DNA of 64,000 nucleotides from the human T2T-CHM13v2.0 reference genome, Homo sapiens (GCF_009914755.1 NC_060936.1), one strand, 5' to 3'; positions 39,046 to 56,877 are shown, numbered from the stretch's first letter. A program made the numbers and translations. Notes: a model not told the origin generated them from the letters alone.

Positions 39046-39696
39046 AAGATTTATTTCAGTATTTTTTAGTAAATTAATACTATTATGAGCTTAACAGATG
39101 AAAGTTATTCACCATAAACTTTAAAGAACTGTGGAAAAATTATGTTTAAACATTTTTATATTATCTCAGCTCTGCTTCATCCACTTCCCCAGTTATTCAT
39201 CAGCTTTGAACACTTCTTCTAAAAGTTAAATACTTGTCAGTCCTCTTAATGGCCTCCAAGGAGAGATATGTCAAGAATTTCATTTGAAGCCTATTTTGGT
39301 GTTTAATCCTGCTGAGCCTATGTCTCTACAATTTAACATTCAGTGGAAGCAATAAATGGTGATCATATCATCAAGAAATTGGATCCATTCCTCAAAAACA
39401 TTCCAGTGATCCATTCCTTTCATATCCCTGCGAAATGATTTGTACTCAGAACAGTTGTGTGTGTGCACAAGCATATGCAGCACATTAAGAATGCCAAATC
39501 TGAATTTTTCAGTGGTCTGAAGTGGAAACTTCTCATAGAGCAGCCATATGTTTTCTAGGATTGCATTAATCTTACCTTTTAGGCAAACAATATAGTGCAT
39601 TTTGTCTATGTTTTACCACATACAACAAATACTGAACCCTTTCTTATTCCTGTATCTATGAATGAATATGGAAAGACTTATCTGAAAGGCATATCA

Positions 39697-40050
<354 letters not shown>

Positions 40051-42229
40051 ATTAGCTTACTTTAAATGAGCATTTCTTATTTTTAAATTCCAGATTCTCA
40101 GGGGAGAAAAACCTGGGAGAGGGAAGCTTGGGTCAAGTGTACAATGAGTTCAATAAAGTTGAACATAGGGGTAAGGTTATGTGGTATAAACATGACTTTC
40201 TAGGAGCTTCTCATTTGTGTTTGCATAGATTTATTAATAAATTAAAGGATACTAATGAGCTAGGCTTATATCTTAAAGGATATCTATTGTTCTCCCTTCA
40301 CATCCAGAGGTTTAAAGAAGAACTCCATGTCTCAGAACGTTATAGGAGGTCCAAGATTTAATTTGCATCCACTTTCACCCCCTCCCTTAAGTCGTCCTCA
40401 CCATATTTGTGCCTTGGTCTTTTGTCATAACTGTTCCTTCTGAAAAATATGCTGATATTTCTTATGTGATCTCCTTTCAGAATTAACTGTGATTGTTATG
40501 TTGAATCATATTTCTGCATTCTATTGATAGTATACCTATAACTGATTATGCTGTTATGCATAACTTTAGTAAGATATTTATAATACCTATAACATTCATA
40601 AAGACTATCCCTGGGTCAGCTATTAGAATATTACTCAATATGTTGTGGAAAGTAGATATGCATACGTTAAGTTTTGAGTCACCAGGTGATAACTTTAAAC
40701 TCATTGAATAAAAGCTAATATATAACAAAAAGTCAGTGTATGTGTGTATGTGTGCATTGGTGGGAGATTAACGTGCCATAGTGGGAGCTATCAAACATTG
40801 AAGAAATTTAGTCTCTATCTTGAAATACATACACTGCTTACAGGAATAGAGAAAAGTGGATATATACCTATATTTCCTAGAATCTTGAGGATCCTGCCTA
40901 GGTGTTTCAAACCACAGAATCAGCCGACATGAACATAAGCATTGTCTATTGCCATGTTTATTATAGTATAGCTTTATGAGTTCAAAGTTTTCACCCTTAG
41001 ATTGTTATTAATTTGCTTAGCATGCTATTTTCCTGGACCATACAAAGGTTCCTGCTGTGTGCTTCAAACAGGTCCTTATTTAACAGGAGCTGGCAGTCAA
41101 CATGCAGCTTAAACTAGTGACTCTCAAAAGGACCCTCAAAGACATCTGTTGCTTATTCCCATTCTACTCAGTTTCCCAAGGTTTCACTCCCCTCCGCTAC
41201 CTCTCTCACTCTTAGAAAATGATTCTACTGACAGCATTTCTAAGAAGATGAAGCTCATCTGACATGGGTTGCATCAGTCTGTTGTTCCTGCTCTCATCAC
41301 TTCCTATATCTGCTGAGATACCACTCCATCAACTATTCTACCCGTCAACCTCTTTTACCTTTGCCTAATAACACGAATATACCCCTTTATTCTAAGAAAC
41401 ATTTCCATTTGACTCCTTAAGTTATTACTCCAATCTTTTTCTCTTCTCTACCAGACATAAATGTCTATACTTACTGCACTTCCTCACTACCCACAGTTTA
41501 CTTGAGTCCTTACACTCTGACTTCTACACACACACTACTTTTCATATTTTTACCAGGTGACTATCATTAACTGTCATAATTTTCCAGCGCTTTGGGCATA
41601 TATAAAGTGCATATCCATTTTACAAGAATATTGTTTTAGATCAAAACTTGTTTCTTTCAAGGTGATTTTAAAATGTGTTTGGAATAAAATTATTTAATTC
41701 ATTTAATTACAGTATATTACAGAGCAAAACCCAATAAGAAATTAGTTTCTACTTAAACTGTAATAGTCTGCTCACATATTAAGTGATTATAAACACAAAT
41801 AGCTGAAAAGAAGTATAATGGAAGCAATAAATATTGGTACTTGGTAGGATTATGACAATTAAATTGAAAGACACCTAGAGGGATTAACATTTTTCTACTA
41901 GGTCCATTGCATCCCCTTGGAACCTGCAGCTCTTTGTTCCTACCCGCTCTTGAATTTGACCTTACCCACTAACTGTCGGTCCCACCCTCTCAAACTCAAA
42001 TTACCAAACCAGTGGCTATTAAACCACAAGAACCATCCCTCTCCCTTGAGAATCAATTTTACCAACTATTCCTGAAACTTAGTTGAACTTCAGATGCCTT
42101 CTTTGCTAAAGATTTTATGAATTCTGCTCTTCCTCCCAATCACATGTCTTGGTCTTCTGAATAAATGTTTATGCTTAATGGTGCTTTGGTTTTCTTCCAA
42201 AAAAACCAATGGATTTTATGTTATTACAT

Positions 42230-42470
42230 ACAGGGTGATGGCAGAGAGAGATGAGAAGAAAGGTCCATGATTAGCCCCGGGAACCCCAATATTAAAAAGC
42301 AAGGTAGAGAGGGAGAAATATGGACAGGAGATTCAGAGAAGTGAGAGAGATACCAAATTAAAATGGTATTTTATAAGCCTGGAGAGGAAGCAGTGTCAAA
42401 AAGGAGACAATGGTTTACTCTTACATGCTGCAGAGAAGTCAAGTAAGAGGGGAATAAAGAAATAGTCTTT
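42230..42470 (-). mobile_element. L2 fragment
   Basis: 'gaaccccaatattaaaaagcaaggtagagagg', 'atgctgcagagaagtcaagtaagagg'. Confidence 0.65.
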
Positions 42471-43724
42471 GTGATTTTATTATTCTTTTGAATATGTACT
42501 TGTATTGATGCATCTTCAATCCACAGTAACACTGTACATGGCCAATTCATTCACTTAATGTCTTGGAACCACAAAGTGCTAAGCAATGGTGGGAAATATC
42601 TTTTTTCAACAACTATAGTTTCTCACTTGTAGCAAAGCTTCCAAATTTGCAATCCACAACCTTTGGCCTCAGACTGACAACAGTGATTCTAGGGGTTCAG
42701 ATATCCACTGATTTAAATGTAATTTAAAATTTCAATATAACTGTATTCATAATATTGTTCAACTATTATTTTTAAATGTTTGTATATGTCACTGTGATTA
42801 GTGAAGTATACATTTCTAGTAGTTGTGTATTATTGTATATTTTCTCGATCAAAATAAATCAAACTATCACATGAGGGGATCCCTACGATGTTGTAAACTT
42901 AAATACGGTTTATGTAATTTTAAAGATAACAAATTCTATTTCTTTTCATTTTACTCTAATACTTGGTGTGGATTCTCTTCTCAAGATCATGAAGTATCCA
43001 CATTTCCCTATGGAAATGAAATGTAATTTATTTATTCTTAAACAATTTTTAATATTTAATACATACAAAAGGTAATATATGCCACAGAGATATTTTACTT
43101 TTATAAGTGGGAACAATGAAATGTGTGAGTTCATTTTGATTCCAGTCCATACATGTTAGTTTGTGAAATTTTGGGGGAGGGGCACCTACAAATCTAGATT
43201 CCAAGAATTAGACACACTAAACATAAATTTCATGAATGTTGACCACTTTTGACAGTCTAAATTATAAAACAAGCAAATGGTTGTAATTTTATGTATCATT
43301 TAATTCATTTACTTTTTTGAATGTGACAAAACTAGCTATCAAACTATAACTCATGGTTTATTTTGTTTCATTTTGTTTTGTTTTTGTTATTCAGCAGGCA
43401 TTTTTTGAATTCCTTTTGCTAAAGTGTTCTAAAAAACAGTCAGTGACCTTGTGGGCCAGTGGCATGTGTGTATTGGAATAGATTTTTGCCTGGACTTGTT
43501 TTTAATAAAGTCTTCAAGAGAGTCCTTACATCCCAGAACTCAGAGGGATATTTTGTCAAGTGTTTGTGATGGTAAAAGTAAACGTTGTTCCCTGTACACT
43601 ATAGGGAGAAATAAGTTGGCCATAAAATGCAGTTTCTTTCTTTATAGACACATTTTTAATTTAACTTCTTTGCTGATTTTTATTATACTTATGTGCAATT
43701 TGGGGAGGGAGGATTTATTTCTAA

Positions 43725-44069
<345 letters not shown>

Positions 44070-45012
44070 GAAAATAAGTTTTAATATGTTAACATTAAAT
44101 GTATTTGTGTACTCTGTAACAAAAGTAATTCTTGTATTGCAGAGTTACCCAAAGTCAACTCAGTAACACAAATATTTTAACTAGATATCTGAAAAATCTC
44201 TATATTAATAAGATTGTCAATCTCACAAAGTGGGGAAATATATGAGTGGTGTCTTTGTTCCGCTGTTAACCTCCGTCATCAATTGGTTAGAGCAATGGGA
44301 ACTTTTGGGGAAAATCCTACAGTCCCATAAGCTAGAGACAGCAGAAGAAAGGTGCAGGGACATGAAATTTCTGACTTCCATTGTTTCACTAACACTGGAA
44401 CACCTAGCCCTATTATCTCCTGGGGGAAAAGGCAATAAAGACTCAACTTTTTCACCTTTAGGTTGAGGATAAAAGGGCACTACATACTGTTAAACAGTTT
44501 ATGGGTCTTACCACTAGTTGTTTTATTTTGCTTTGATTTTAGATAGTGCATGTACATAGTAGGAATTAAATAGATAAATGTGGATGTGCCTTTGAGTGGG
44601 TTGAACTTGTTACTATATCTTCCATTTAATCTTAAAATTTGGTGAAAAAGAAACTAGAGATTTTCTTCTTTTGCCTCCCGAAGCAGCTTCCTTTCCTGTA
44701 AACCTTGGAACAACCTCTAGAAGCTCACCACTTTTGCTTCCCTACCATTTGTTTCTAGTTGAAGTGAAAACTTGCATTGTATTACTACTTGCTGCCTGGC
44801 TTAAATTTTGGGACAATCTGCCCATTCATGCCTTATTAATAATTTTATTTTATTTTAAGGTTTTTTTGACACTCATCAATATCAATTTTAATATCTATTA
44901 CAATACAGCAATAAAGGCAAACTAAAAAAGACTATACAAGCCATTTTGCACATCTTCATGTACTGGGTTCTCCGAAGCCCATTTCCTGGTAATATCTTTT
45001 GCCGGAAGAATC

Positions 45013-47533
<2,521 letters not shown>

Positions 47534-47554
47534 ATAATTTTAAAAGAAGCTCTT

Positions 47555-47851
47555 GGCCAGGTGCAGTGGCTCATGCCTGTAGTCCTAGCACTTTGGGAGC
47601 CCTAGGTGGGCAGATCACTTGAGGTCAGGAGTTTGAGACCAGCCTGGTCAACATGGTGAAACTAAAAATACAAAAAATTAGCCAGGCGTGGTGGCACGCA
47701 CCTGCAGTCCCAGTTACTCAGGAGGCTGAGGCATGAGGCTCCCTTGAACCCGGGAGGTGGTGGTCACAGTGAGCCAAGATTGTACCACCTCACTCCAGCC
47801 TAGGTGACAGAGCAAGACTCTGAATCCTAAAAAGTAAAATAAAATAAAATA
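47555..47851 (+). mobile_element. AluS (Sx/Sz-like) with a short deletion at the end of the left arm
   Basis: Dimer with 'ggtgaaac|taaaaatac'; (TAAAA)n tail. Confidence 0.9.
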
Positions 47852-50279
47852 GAGCTGTCTTTCCAGTCAACTAGGATAATCAGTTGCTTTTTTAAACCAA
47901 TTGGATAAAATTTGGGTAAAATTTAAATACATGGCATAGACCATGTATTTTAAGATTTGCCTCAAGGTTTGTAAACCATATACTTTACTTGTATCTGCTG
48001 GGAATAACTGTTTCATATAAATCTCTACAATTCAGACAGGACATAGAAAAGCTTGTTCTTAGTATAGAACTTCATGAAGTTTTTGTTTCTCCAACAGGAA
48101 GGAAAGAGTCATTGACATTTTCGTAATAAATTCGTTCAATTAAATTGACTAATATTGTTTACAATATAATGTCTATCCCAGTATAATCATAGGGCTCTTA
48201 CTAAACCCTACAAGAAAACAATATAAATTTATTATTTATATGAATCATGAATTTTAACAAGCAACATTTCTTTTTTTTCTACATTCAAGTAATCATTTTC
48301 CTAATTCAGATAAATGACAAGCCCTCCTATAGATTTTAAATAGAAAAGGTCATGGAATCATCCTTGACAAGAAATTTTCCAAACTGCTTTCTTAAGATAT
48401 TTCATACATCTTGTCTTTGAGATCCTAGTCTCAGTTCAAACAAATATTTTACTTTTAAAAATGATTTCTTAGAAATTTGGGGAATTATTAGGAGAGAGAT
48501 ACCATTGATGTAGAAAAAACTATAAGCAAATTTATATAATATAAAACATGAATGTTCCATTAGACTTTAACATTATGCACAAACTGCCTTGGCTTTTAAA
48601 AAATATATAAATAATCGGAAGCAGTTGAGTGAAAACAGTCAAATTGAGCATGTAGAGCAGCTCTAACCCAAGGGGATATTAAATAGGGCACATGTACAAA
48701 GCTATACATTTTTAGGTAAGAAGAAGAGGATTCTTCCCTTTCAGCACATAAACATGTTTGGCCCAGGGCAGAGCAAGAGAATGACACACTTGGTCTTTTT
48801 CTCATAAACAAAGGTCTTGCTATTTCACCTCCAAAGCAATTTTCTAGGCTATGTTTTTACTATTTTTGAAATGAGAAAGAAAGATTTCTGATGTAACCCT
48901 GAAAGCAGGAGAACCATTTTTTTGCTGCAAGCATAGTGTATTATCAATTTGGTGTGAGGCCTGGAGAGCACGGAAGTGATCACTTCTTAGTGCAGAGGGG
49001 AGAAAGTTCTGAGTTTGCACAAATTAGTAGTTTTCATTGTTTATAGAAGATGATCAAAATTTCATAAATTTCAGAAAAACATGGAATCAGAAATTGATGT
49101 TTTATTTTCTTCTATGTTACTTTAGCTGGATATTTTCAGCCATTTTCAGAATGGTTTATATTATTAATTTTATATTCATAGAATCATTGACCTTAAGAAG
49201 CTTTGCTCTAATAGAAACTTCATTCTGTTTTTCCATCCAATCAGATCAATAATCAATCTAGTTAATCAGCAAGCAACTAGTAGGGGTCTGTTCTATCCCA
49301 GATGAACTCTAGGTATAATTCCTAAACAATGCAATTTTAATATACAAAGGAGGTAATACAAAAGAGCCTGAGGATATTGGCAAGCATGCAAGCCTATGCA
49401 AATTATGCAAGTTCCATCTATTTTAAAGTGCTGTATTGTGTTATATAAATGTATAACCATATGTTACAAAACCAAAATCAGGACCCATGTTCCAATAAAT
49501 TATTTTTGTGCCATTACTGGATATGAGAAACTGTCTGGGAAAGGTAGTTTAAGTGCTGTAATGATGGAGTTTTTAGGATATTTTAATGGTTTATGGGGAC
49601 CGCAAACAGATATTTGAAATTAGTTTTGTCTCCAAAAACCTGAGATAAAAACTTATTTGGAAACTCAGATATAATAAATAATAAAAACCAGACTATTACT
49701 TAGATCTTTATATTGATAGACTATTGGAAAAGATTTGTTCTTATTTTTCTCTATGTTAGTAAAAAAAATTACCCTGGATAAACGTTTGAGAAACTGTATG
49801 TTGAAAATAATGTAATATGATTTTATGCACATATTAAGCTTGATTTTGCTAGCAGATTATATTTTGGTAAACAGAAAAGGTAAGAAGATGTTTCAGGTTA
49901 GAAAAATGAAATGTTTTAATAAACAGAATCAAGACAAATTTTTGGCACATTTGTAGGATTATGAGAGGGTGAAACTATTTGAGCAAAAAATACATATTAT
50001 AGATTAGTGGGCATGAAGAACCATCAGCAAAATAAAGCCAGGATTATGGAAGGCTTGGAAAACCAGACAGTCTAGGCATGTTGGATTATCTGGATTATTT
50101 AGATACTCCTATTGCAGTAAGGCATAGAGTCAAATATAAAGTTGCCATGACTTTATATTTCTTAAAAGATGTACTAATGATAGATAGGTGTACTTAGTTA
50201 TGACTATACTTTGATACTGTTCTAAAATTTGAGATCTTACTTTTCTAATGATTTAACGCATAGAAACTACTTATTTTCC

Positions 50280-50400
50280 TTCTCCTCCTCCCCCATCTCC
50301 TCCTCCCTGTCTCTGCCTCTGTATTTCCACACACACATACACGTGTGTGCTCAAGAAAGTTGATTAACCTCACATGTGTGTATATATATACACACATATA
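50280..50400. repeat. CT-rich tract plus (CA)/(TG)/(TA) compound microsatellite
   Basis: 'tctcctcctcccccatctcc', 'cacacacacatacacgtgtgtg', 'gtgtgtatatatatacacac'. Confidence 0.75.
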
Positions 50401-50444
50401 TGGAGGTCAATTAAACTTGGCTGAATATAAGAAAATGAATTAAT

Positions 50445-50730
50445 GGCCAGGTGCAGTAGCTCAGTCCTGAAATCCCACCACTTTTGGAGACCAGGTGAGA
50501 TGATCACTTGAGGCCAGGAGTTTGAAACCAGCCTGGGCAACATAGTGAAACCCTGTCTTTACAAGGAATTAAGAATTAGCTATATGTGGTGGTGATGCCT
50601 GTACTCAGGATGCTGAGGCAGGAGGATGGCTTGGGCCAGGAGTTCAAGGCTATATTGAGCTGTGGTTGCCCTACTGCATTCCAGCCTAGGCGACAGAGCA
50701 GAGACTCTGTCTGAAAAAAAAAGAAAGAAA
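50445..50730 (+). mobile_element. AluJ
   Basis: 'cttgaggccaggagtttgaaaccagcctgggcaacatag', 'caggagttcaaggct'; TSD aaaatgaatta at 50432-50442 and 50731-50741. Confidence 0.9.
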
Positions 50731-50869
50731 AAAATGAATTATTTTACTATGTCTTTTTTATTTTTCCTATGACACTATGATTTTCTGCCTTGCTGTTATC
50801 ATCTAAAAACGTTTTTAAGTTATTGAAGAGAAACAAATCCCATCCTAAGAATTGGAAGATGGTGAAGGA

Positions 50870-51100
50870 AACTAGTATGTATGAAGCCAAAGCTACTTGA
50901 CAATCACTGATCTGGATGACTTATATGCGCACATCAATTCAACCTTCTAACCAACTACAGGAATGAATATCTCCATTCTGCAAATGAGAATATTGGAAAC
51001 CAAAGAGGTTAATCAACTTTCTTGAGAGTACACAGTAGGAAAATGTCAGAGGCCAATTTGAATCCAGATCTATCTGGCTCCAAAACCCATACTCTTTTCT
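50870..51100 (-). mobile_element. MIR
   Basis: 'ctccattctgcaaatgag...agaggttaatcaactt...atttgaatccagatctatctggctccaaaaccc'. Confidence 0.75.
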
Positions 51101-51774
51101 CTGTATACATCTTTATTCAAACAAAATACTGCCACCACAGGGTCAGTGGCCTAGAAGATTAAAACTGCTTTGATCTTTTCAATCCCACATCTGTTTGAAA
51201 TAATTCAACTAAGTTTCTTTTTGTTTCACCCTTCAATTATGGACCGTAAAACAGTCACTTGTTGATTGATTTAATGGAAAAAAAACTATTAAAATCTTTC
51301 TTTGTGCATGAAAAGCCATAAGATACATCAGAAATCTTAGATCCCATGACTGTTGTTTGTAGTCAACAGAGAATATAAACTATAGGCAGTTTTCCTGATA
51401 ATAAAAAGTGAGAGTAGTGTTTCTGGAATTAAAAAAATAAAAAGTTGGCAAAATAGAATTGGTTTTCTTTTTTCTATGCTTCTCTGCCATCCACATTTAG
51501 TGCTAATTCTATCTGAATGGCAGAAAGTACAAATGAAAAATCACAGTCTAATCACATGCTGGCCTTATAATATGTTACCCCAGTCAATTTCCTGTACAAT
51601 ATATGCTTCCCTTATTCACTTTGCCCCTGTCTGTGTATCAGCCACTCCTTTACCTGATAGTTTATTAAGGAAAAGAAAACTTAAGCTTTTCACAGCTCTT
51701 TTGTTCTATGCAGTAATTATCCTTCTTGCCTCATTCACTTAACCCAATTACTTCTGTTCCTTTTCTTAGAGAAA

Positions 51775-52150
51775 TAATATCAACTAGCTTGTCCTACATG
51801 GGAGGACCTGCTTGAAGCACATTGCAAGTTCTGACTTACATATTCCTTGTACTTAACCCTATAAGGCTAGTTCTCTTATCATCCCTTCTTTACCCATGTG
51901 GCTTCTGCGGCATAAAGTGGTTATGGAGTAGGGATTTGAACCCATACACTCTGACTAGAGTCCACATACTTAACCCCTGCATTGTGCCATTCAATGCCAA
52001 GAAGGAAATTAAACTGTTCTGCCTCATTTTTACTAGTAGTAAAATGTGGATAATATTTTCTAAATTTCAGAATCATCAGGATTAAATTAGATCATTTATG
52101 AAGGGGATTATCATAGTATTTGAACAAAGCATTTTCTCAATAGATATTAT
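51775..52150. mobile_element. Two MIR fragments in opposite orientation
   Basis: Minus piece 'gggatttgaacccatacactctgactagagtcc'; plus piece 'tgcctcatttt...gtaaaatgtggataat...ggattaaattagatc'. Confidence 0.55.
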
Positions 52151-54757
52151 ATATTCTACATAATTCTATATATTAAGTTTACTTATATATTTAATACAAG
52201 TAAACTATAACATATATTAATTATTAGAATCATTGTCTTCTTCATCATTGTGATGTGCCTGTCTCCTATTATGGATATCTTTTGGACAGGATTTTATTTA
52301 TTTTGTACTCAAAGTGTGCAGTACAGCATCTAAAACTTAGCAGCTAGTTAACATGTATTTGTTGAGCCAATAAGAAATATACAAATTACTTAAGTAGTGT
52401 CATGTGTTTCAAAAGCTTGTTTTGAAATTACTTTGTACTTTCCATGTCATAAATAAACCTTTGTGGAATGAAAGAATTTTGATCCCCTTTACCTTTCTTA
52501 AAATGGAATATGCCATGTGTTCTATAATAAGGGATGAAGACTGGTAAATTTTGATCATGAAATTAATTGAGAATTGCTGAAAGTCAGTGAACATATAAAA
52601 ATGTTCCTGTTGACATTTTCTACAATAGATCTCCCTGACAGTAGAACCTTTGGAGACTTTCACAGATATAAAGCCTGGATATTTATTTCACAATGATTGC
52701 AAGAAAATACATATTTTGTCGAAATGAAGTATAAACTGCAGTGATGTTTTTCCTGAGAGTATATTAATTCAAGGAAGCTACTATCACATGACTGACTATA
52801 TTTTTAAAACCCTGGTATACTGGTAGCTCAACATTTAGCACATATGAATACAACTGCCAAATAATCACATACTATATTATAAATGACATATATAACAGAT
52901 AATAGTCTAAAGCAAAGGCAGTCTTAGTTTGTACATCTAGAGTGAAATCAATGAAAAGGGGCCTGTGAAAGAGATTGTTATGGTGGCACAATATTGAAAT
53001 TAGCAAACAAATTCAAATTTAAAGCCACCTGATTGTTTTTCCTATTCTGATTTTTCCCCTCAGTTACAGTCTCATTCAAGTCTAGAATTTCTCTTTAATG
53101 TATTTTTTCATCCTATTACTCATCCAATTTCTTAATTATCTTGTTCTCTTCAGTGTTCTATAGTGTAAATGGCATTTATTAGTTTGTACAATAATTTAAC
53201 AAATATCTGAGTGCCCACTAAGTAGTTGGACTTTGAAATAAGACATTCGTGGACCACATAGCAGCCGTGTTATTATAAGGGATTTTTCTTTTCTAAGACC
53301 TGACTGTCCTTCTCTTTCTTCCCTCTCTTACCTCATTGCCCTCCCTCGCTCACTCCCTCTCAAATATTCTTACATGAACAACAAACATGTACAATAAGCA
53401 ATCATTTTACAGAGGACATTTGAACAATTTTAGTACTTTGAACAAAACAGCATGATGGAAAATCATCTTTCTTAAAAGTGAACTTTAAAGAACCTATTGA
53501 AACCCAGGAAACACACATAAGAGACTCAATTTCACAGATAATGAACTGATATTTATAGTTAATCACATCTTTTAATGTGAATCTCTCTATTTAAATGTAA
53601 GACATTGAACATGTCAAAAAAAATGGGCCTACTAACAAACACTTGATATCCTAAAATAAACCTTTTTTCCCTTTTTTTCCTAAGCAGTGTTCAGCCTGAT
53701 AAGGAATACATGATTTGTGCAACCTTAGCATCCTCTTCTTACCATCAGGGACATCTTTGAATATGTAGAGAAATATATACTGACTAAGAATACAACATGA
53801 AGTACATATTATTTTCAAAAAATAGGATTAGGTGAACAGGGGAGGAGAGTATAACTCTGCAACATGACTTGTTTTATAGCCTCTAGTACAAGGGCTGGTT
53901 TTTCTGCACAATCTAGGCCGTTCAAAGAATGGACGTATAGGAATTTCAAAAGACTGCCACAGTAAAACACCACAGATCAAATGACTCAATCTAAACATTA
54001 AAACATCGTTCGAGATATAAGAATAGATCTTCTTATCAAGAAAGATCTGGAACTACCAAGTAAGGGATAGAGGAAGGAGTAGGAGGAGCAAATTGCCAAG
54101 ATACAAGCAGGTCTGCACAAAGTGAGAATGAGGAAATATTGGATCCAAAGAATCAGTGGAAGAATGTGGCATGCATCCTGCAATATGGTCATATGCACAT
54201 AAAAAGTAATATGTATTACTCTTCCCATATACTTAGTCGTTACCCCTCTATTTTACCATATGCTCACTACTGTTGAGGGCTTGCCTACTCACTCCTGTGG
54301 TTGGAGTCAGGACCACATAAGATGGTCTATAATATGAGCTTGAGGGATGGCTAGGAAAGATTCTCTGATTTAAAACACCTCTGCTGAGATTCTGTCTTCC
54401 ATGATTCAATTATTTGGGTTATTAAGCAAACTGCATTAGCATACAATACAGTTGGAACGGTTAGCATGTAATAATAATAATGCAAACTAACATTTGTACA
54501 GCTTTCCAATTATAAAGTACTTTCTCATTTTTCATGTTAATACTTTAGATCTAGATTATTTTTCACTTTGTAGATGATGCAAGAGTCCAGAATAATTATG
54601 TACCTTGTCCAAATTCATGTAAATAACACATCTTAGAACCAGCCAAACAATGTAGGTAAATAGAAATTCTTAAGAATTATATTTAAAAGGAAGAAAAATT
54701 ATGTTTTAGTTTTGTTCAAATAATTGAACCACTGTATTTATTTTAATAAAGACTACA

Positions 54758-55798
54758 GGTGGTAGGGGAGGAGCCAAGATGGCCGAGTAGGAACAGCTCC
54801 AGTCTACAGCTCCCAGCGTGAGTGACATAGAAGACGGGTGATTTCTGCATTTCCATCTGAGGTACCGGGTTCATCTCACTAGGGAGTGCCAGACAGTGGG
54901 CGCAGGTCAGTGGGTGCAGCACACCGTGTGCCAGCCAAAGCAGGGCGAGGCATTGCCTCACTTGGGAAGTGCAAGGGGTCAGGGAGTTCCCTTTCCTGGT
55001 CAAGGAAAGGGGTGACAGACGGCACCTGGAAAATCGGGTCACTCCCACCTGAATACTGCGCTTTTCCAACTGGCTTAGGAAATGGCGCACCAGGAGTTTA
55101 TATCCCGCACCTGGCTCGGAGGGTCCTACGCCCACGGAGTCTCGCTGATTGCTAGCACAGCAGTCTCAGATCAAACTGCAAGGCAGCAGCCAGGCTGGGG
55201 GAGGGACGCCCGCCATTGCCCAGGCTCGCTTAGGTAAACAAAGCAGCCAGGAAGCTCGAACTGGGTGGAGCCCACCACAGCTCAAGGAGGCCTGCCTGCC
55301 TCTGTAGGCTCCACCTCTGGGGGCAGGGCACAGACAAACAAAAAGACAGCACTAACCTCTGCAGACTTAAATGTCCCTGTCTGACAGCTTTGAAGAGAGC
55401 AGTGATTCTCCCAGCACACAGCTGGAGATCTGAGAATGGGCAGACTGCCTCCTCAAGTGGGTCCCTGACCCCTGACCCCTGAGCAGCCTAACTGGGAAGC
55501 ACCCTCCAGTAGGGGCAGACTGACACCTCACACGCTGGGTACTCCTCTGGGACAAAACTTCCAGAGGAATGATCAGACAGCAGCATTCGCAGTTCACGAA
55601 AATCCGCGGTTCTGCAGACACCACTGCTAATACCCAGGCAAACAGGGTCTGGAGTGGACCTCTAGCAAACTCCAACAGACCTGCAGCTGAGGGTCCTGTC
55701 TGTTAGGAGGAAAACTAACAAACAGAAAGGACATCCACACCAAAAACCCATCTGTACATCACCATCATCAAAGACCAAAAGTAGATAAAAACACAAAG
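54758..55798 (+). promoter_or_regulatory. L1 5' UTR internal sense/antisense promoter with YY1 site
   Basis: YY1 motif CCAAGATGGCCG at 54774-54785; GC-rich UTR with partial CpG decay. Confidence 0.85.
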
Positions 55799-56814
55799 AT
55801 GGGGAAAAAACAGAGCAGAAAAACTGGAAACTCTAAAAAGCAGAGCGCCTCTCCTCCTCCAAAGGAACGCAGTTCCTCACCAGCAATGGAACAAAGCTGG
55901 ACGGAGAATGACTTTGACGAGTTGAGAGAAGAAGGCTTCAGATGATCAAACTACTCTGAGCTACAGGAGGAAATTCAAACCACAGGCAAAGAAGTTAAAA
56001 ACTTTGAAAAAAATTTAGATGAATATATAACTAGAATAACCAATACAGAGAATTGCTTAAAGGAGCTGATGGAGCTGAAAGCCAAGGCTCAAGAACTACG
56101 TGAAGAATGCAGAAGCCTCAGGAGCCAATGCTATCAACTGGAAGAAAGGCTATCAGTGATGGAAGATGAAATGAATGAAATGAAGCGAGAAGGGAAGTTT
56201 AGAGAAAAAAGAATAAAAAGAAATGAACAAACCCTCCAAGAAATATGGGACTATGTAAAAAGACCAAATCTACGTCTAATTGGTGTGCCTGAAAGTGACG
56301 GGGAGAATGGAACCAAGTTGGAAAACACTCTGCAGGATATTATCCAGGAGAACTTCCCCATCTAGCAAGGCAGGCCAACATTCAGATTCAGGAAATACAG
56401 AGAATGCCACAAAGATACTCCTCGAGAAGAGCAACTCCAAGACACATAACTGTCAGATTCACCAAAGTTGAAATGAAGGAAAAAATGTTAAGGGCAACCA
56501 GAGAGAAAGGTCGGCTTACCCACAAAGGGAAGCCCATCAGACTAACAGTGGATCTCTCGGCAGAAACTCTACAAGCCAGAAGAGAGTGGGGGCCAATATT
56601 CAACATTCTTAAAGAAAAGAATTTTCAACCCAGAATTTCATATCCAGCCAAACTAAGCTTCATAAGAGAAGGAGAAATAAAATACTTTACAGACAAGCAA
56701 ATGCTGAGAGATTTTGTCACCACCAGGCCTGCCCTAAAAGAGCTCCTAAAGGAAGCGCTAAACATGGAAAGGAACAACCAGTACCAGCCACTGCAAAATC
56801 ATGCCAAAATGTAA
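55799..56814 (+). pseudogene. ORF1: L1 ORF1p, disrupted
   Basis: MGKKQSRK start; premature TGA near 55943; frameshift near 56360; C-terminus ...PLQNHAKM. Confidence 0.93.
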
Positions 56815-56877
56815 AGACCATTGAGACTAGGAAGAAACTGCATCAACTAACGAGCAAAATAACCAGCTAACGTCATA

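Noticed and set aside
54743-55216. L1 antisense ORF0 (the 130 aa minus ORF is in the ORF0 frame)
   Set aside because: From the ORF0 ATG at 55216 the frame reads MAGVPPPAWLLPCSLI and then TGA (TCA to TGA), so ORF0 is truncated; the listed ORF starts at a non-ATG codon.
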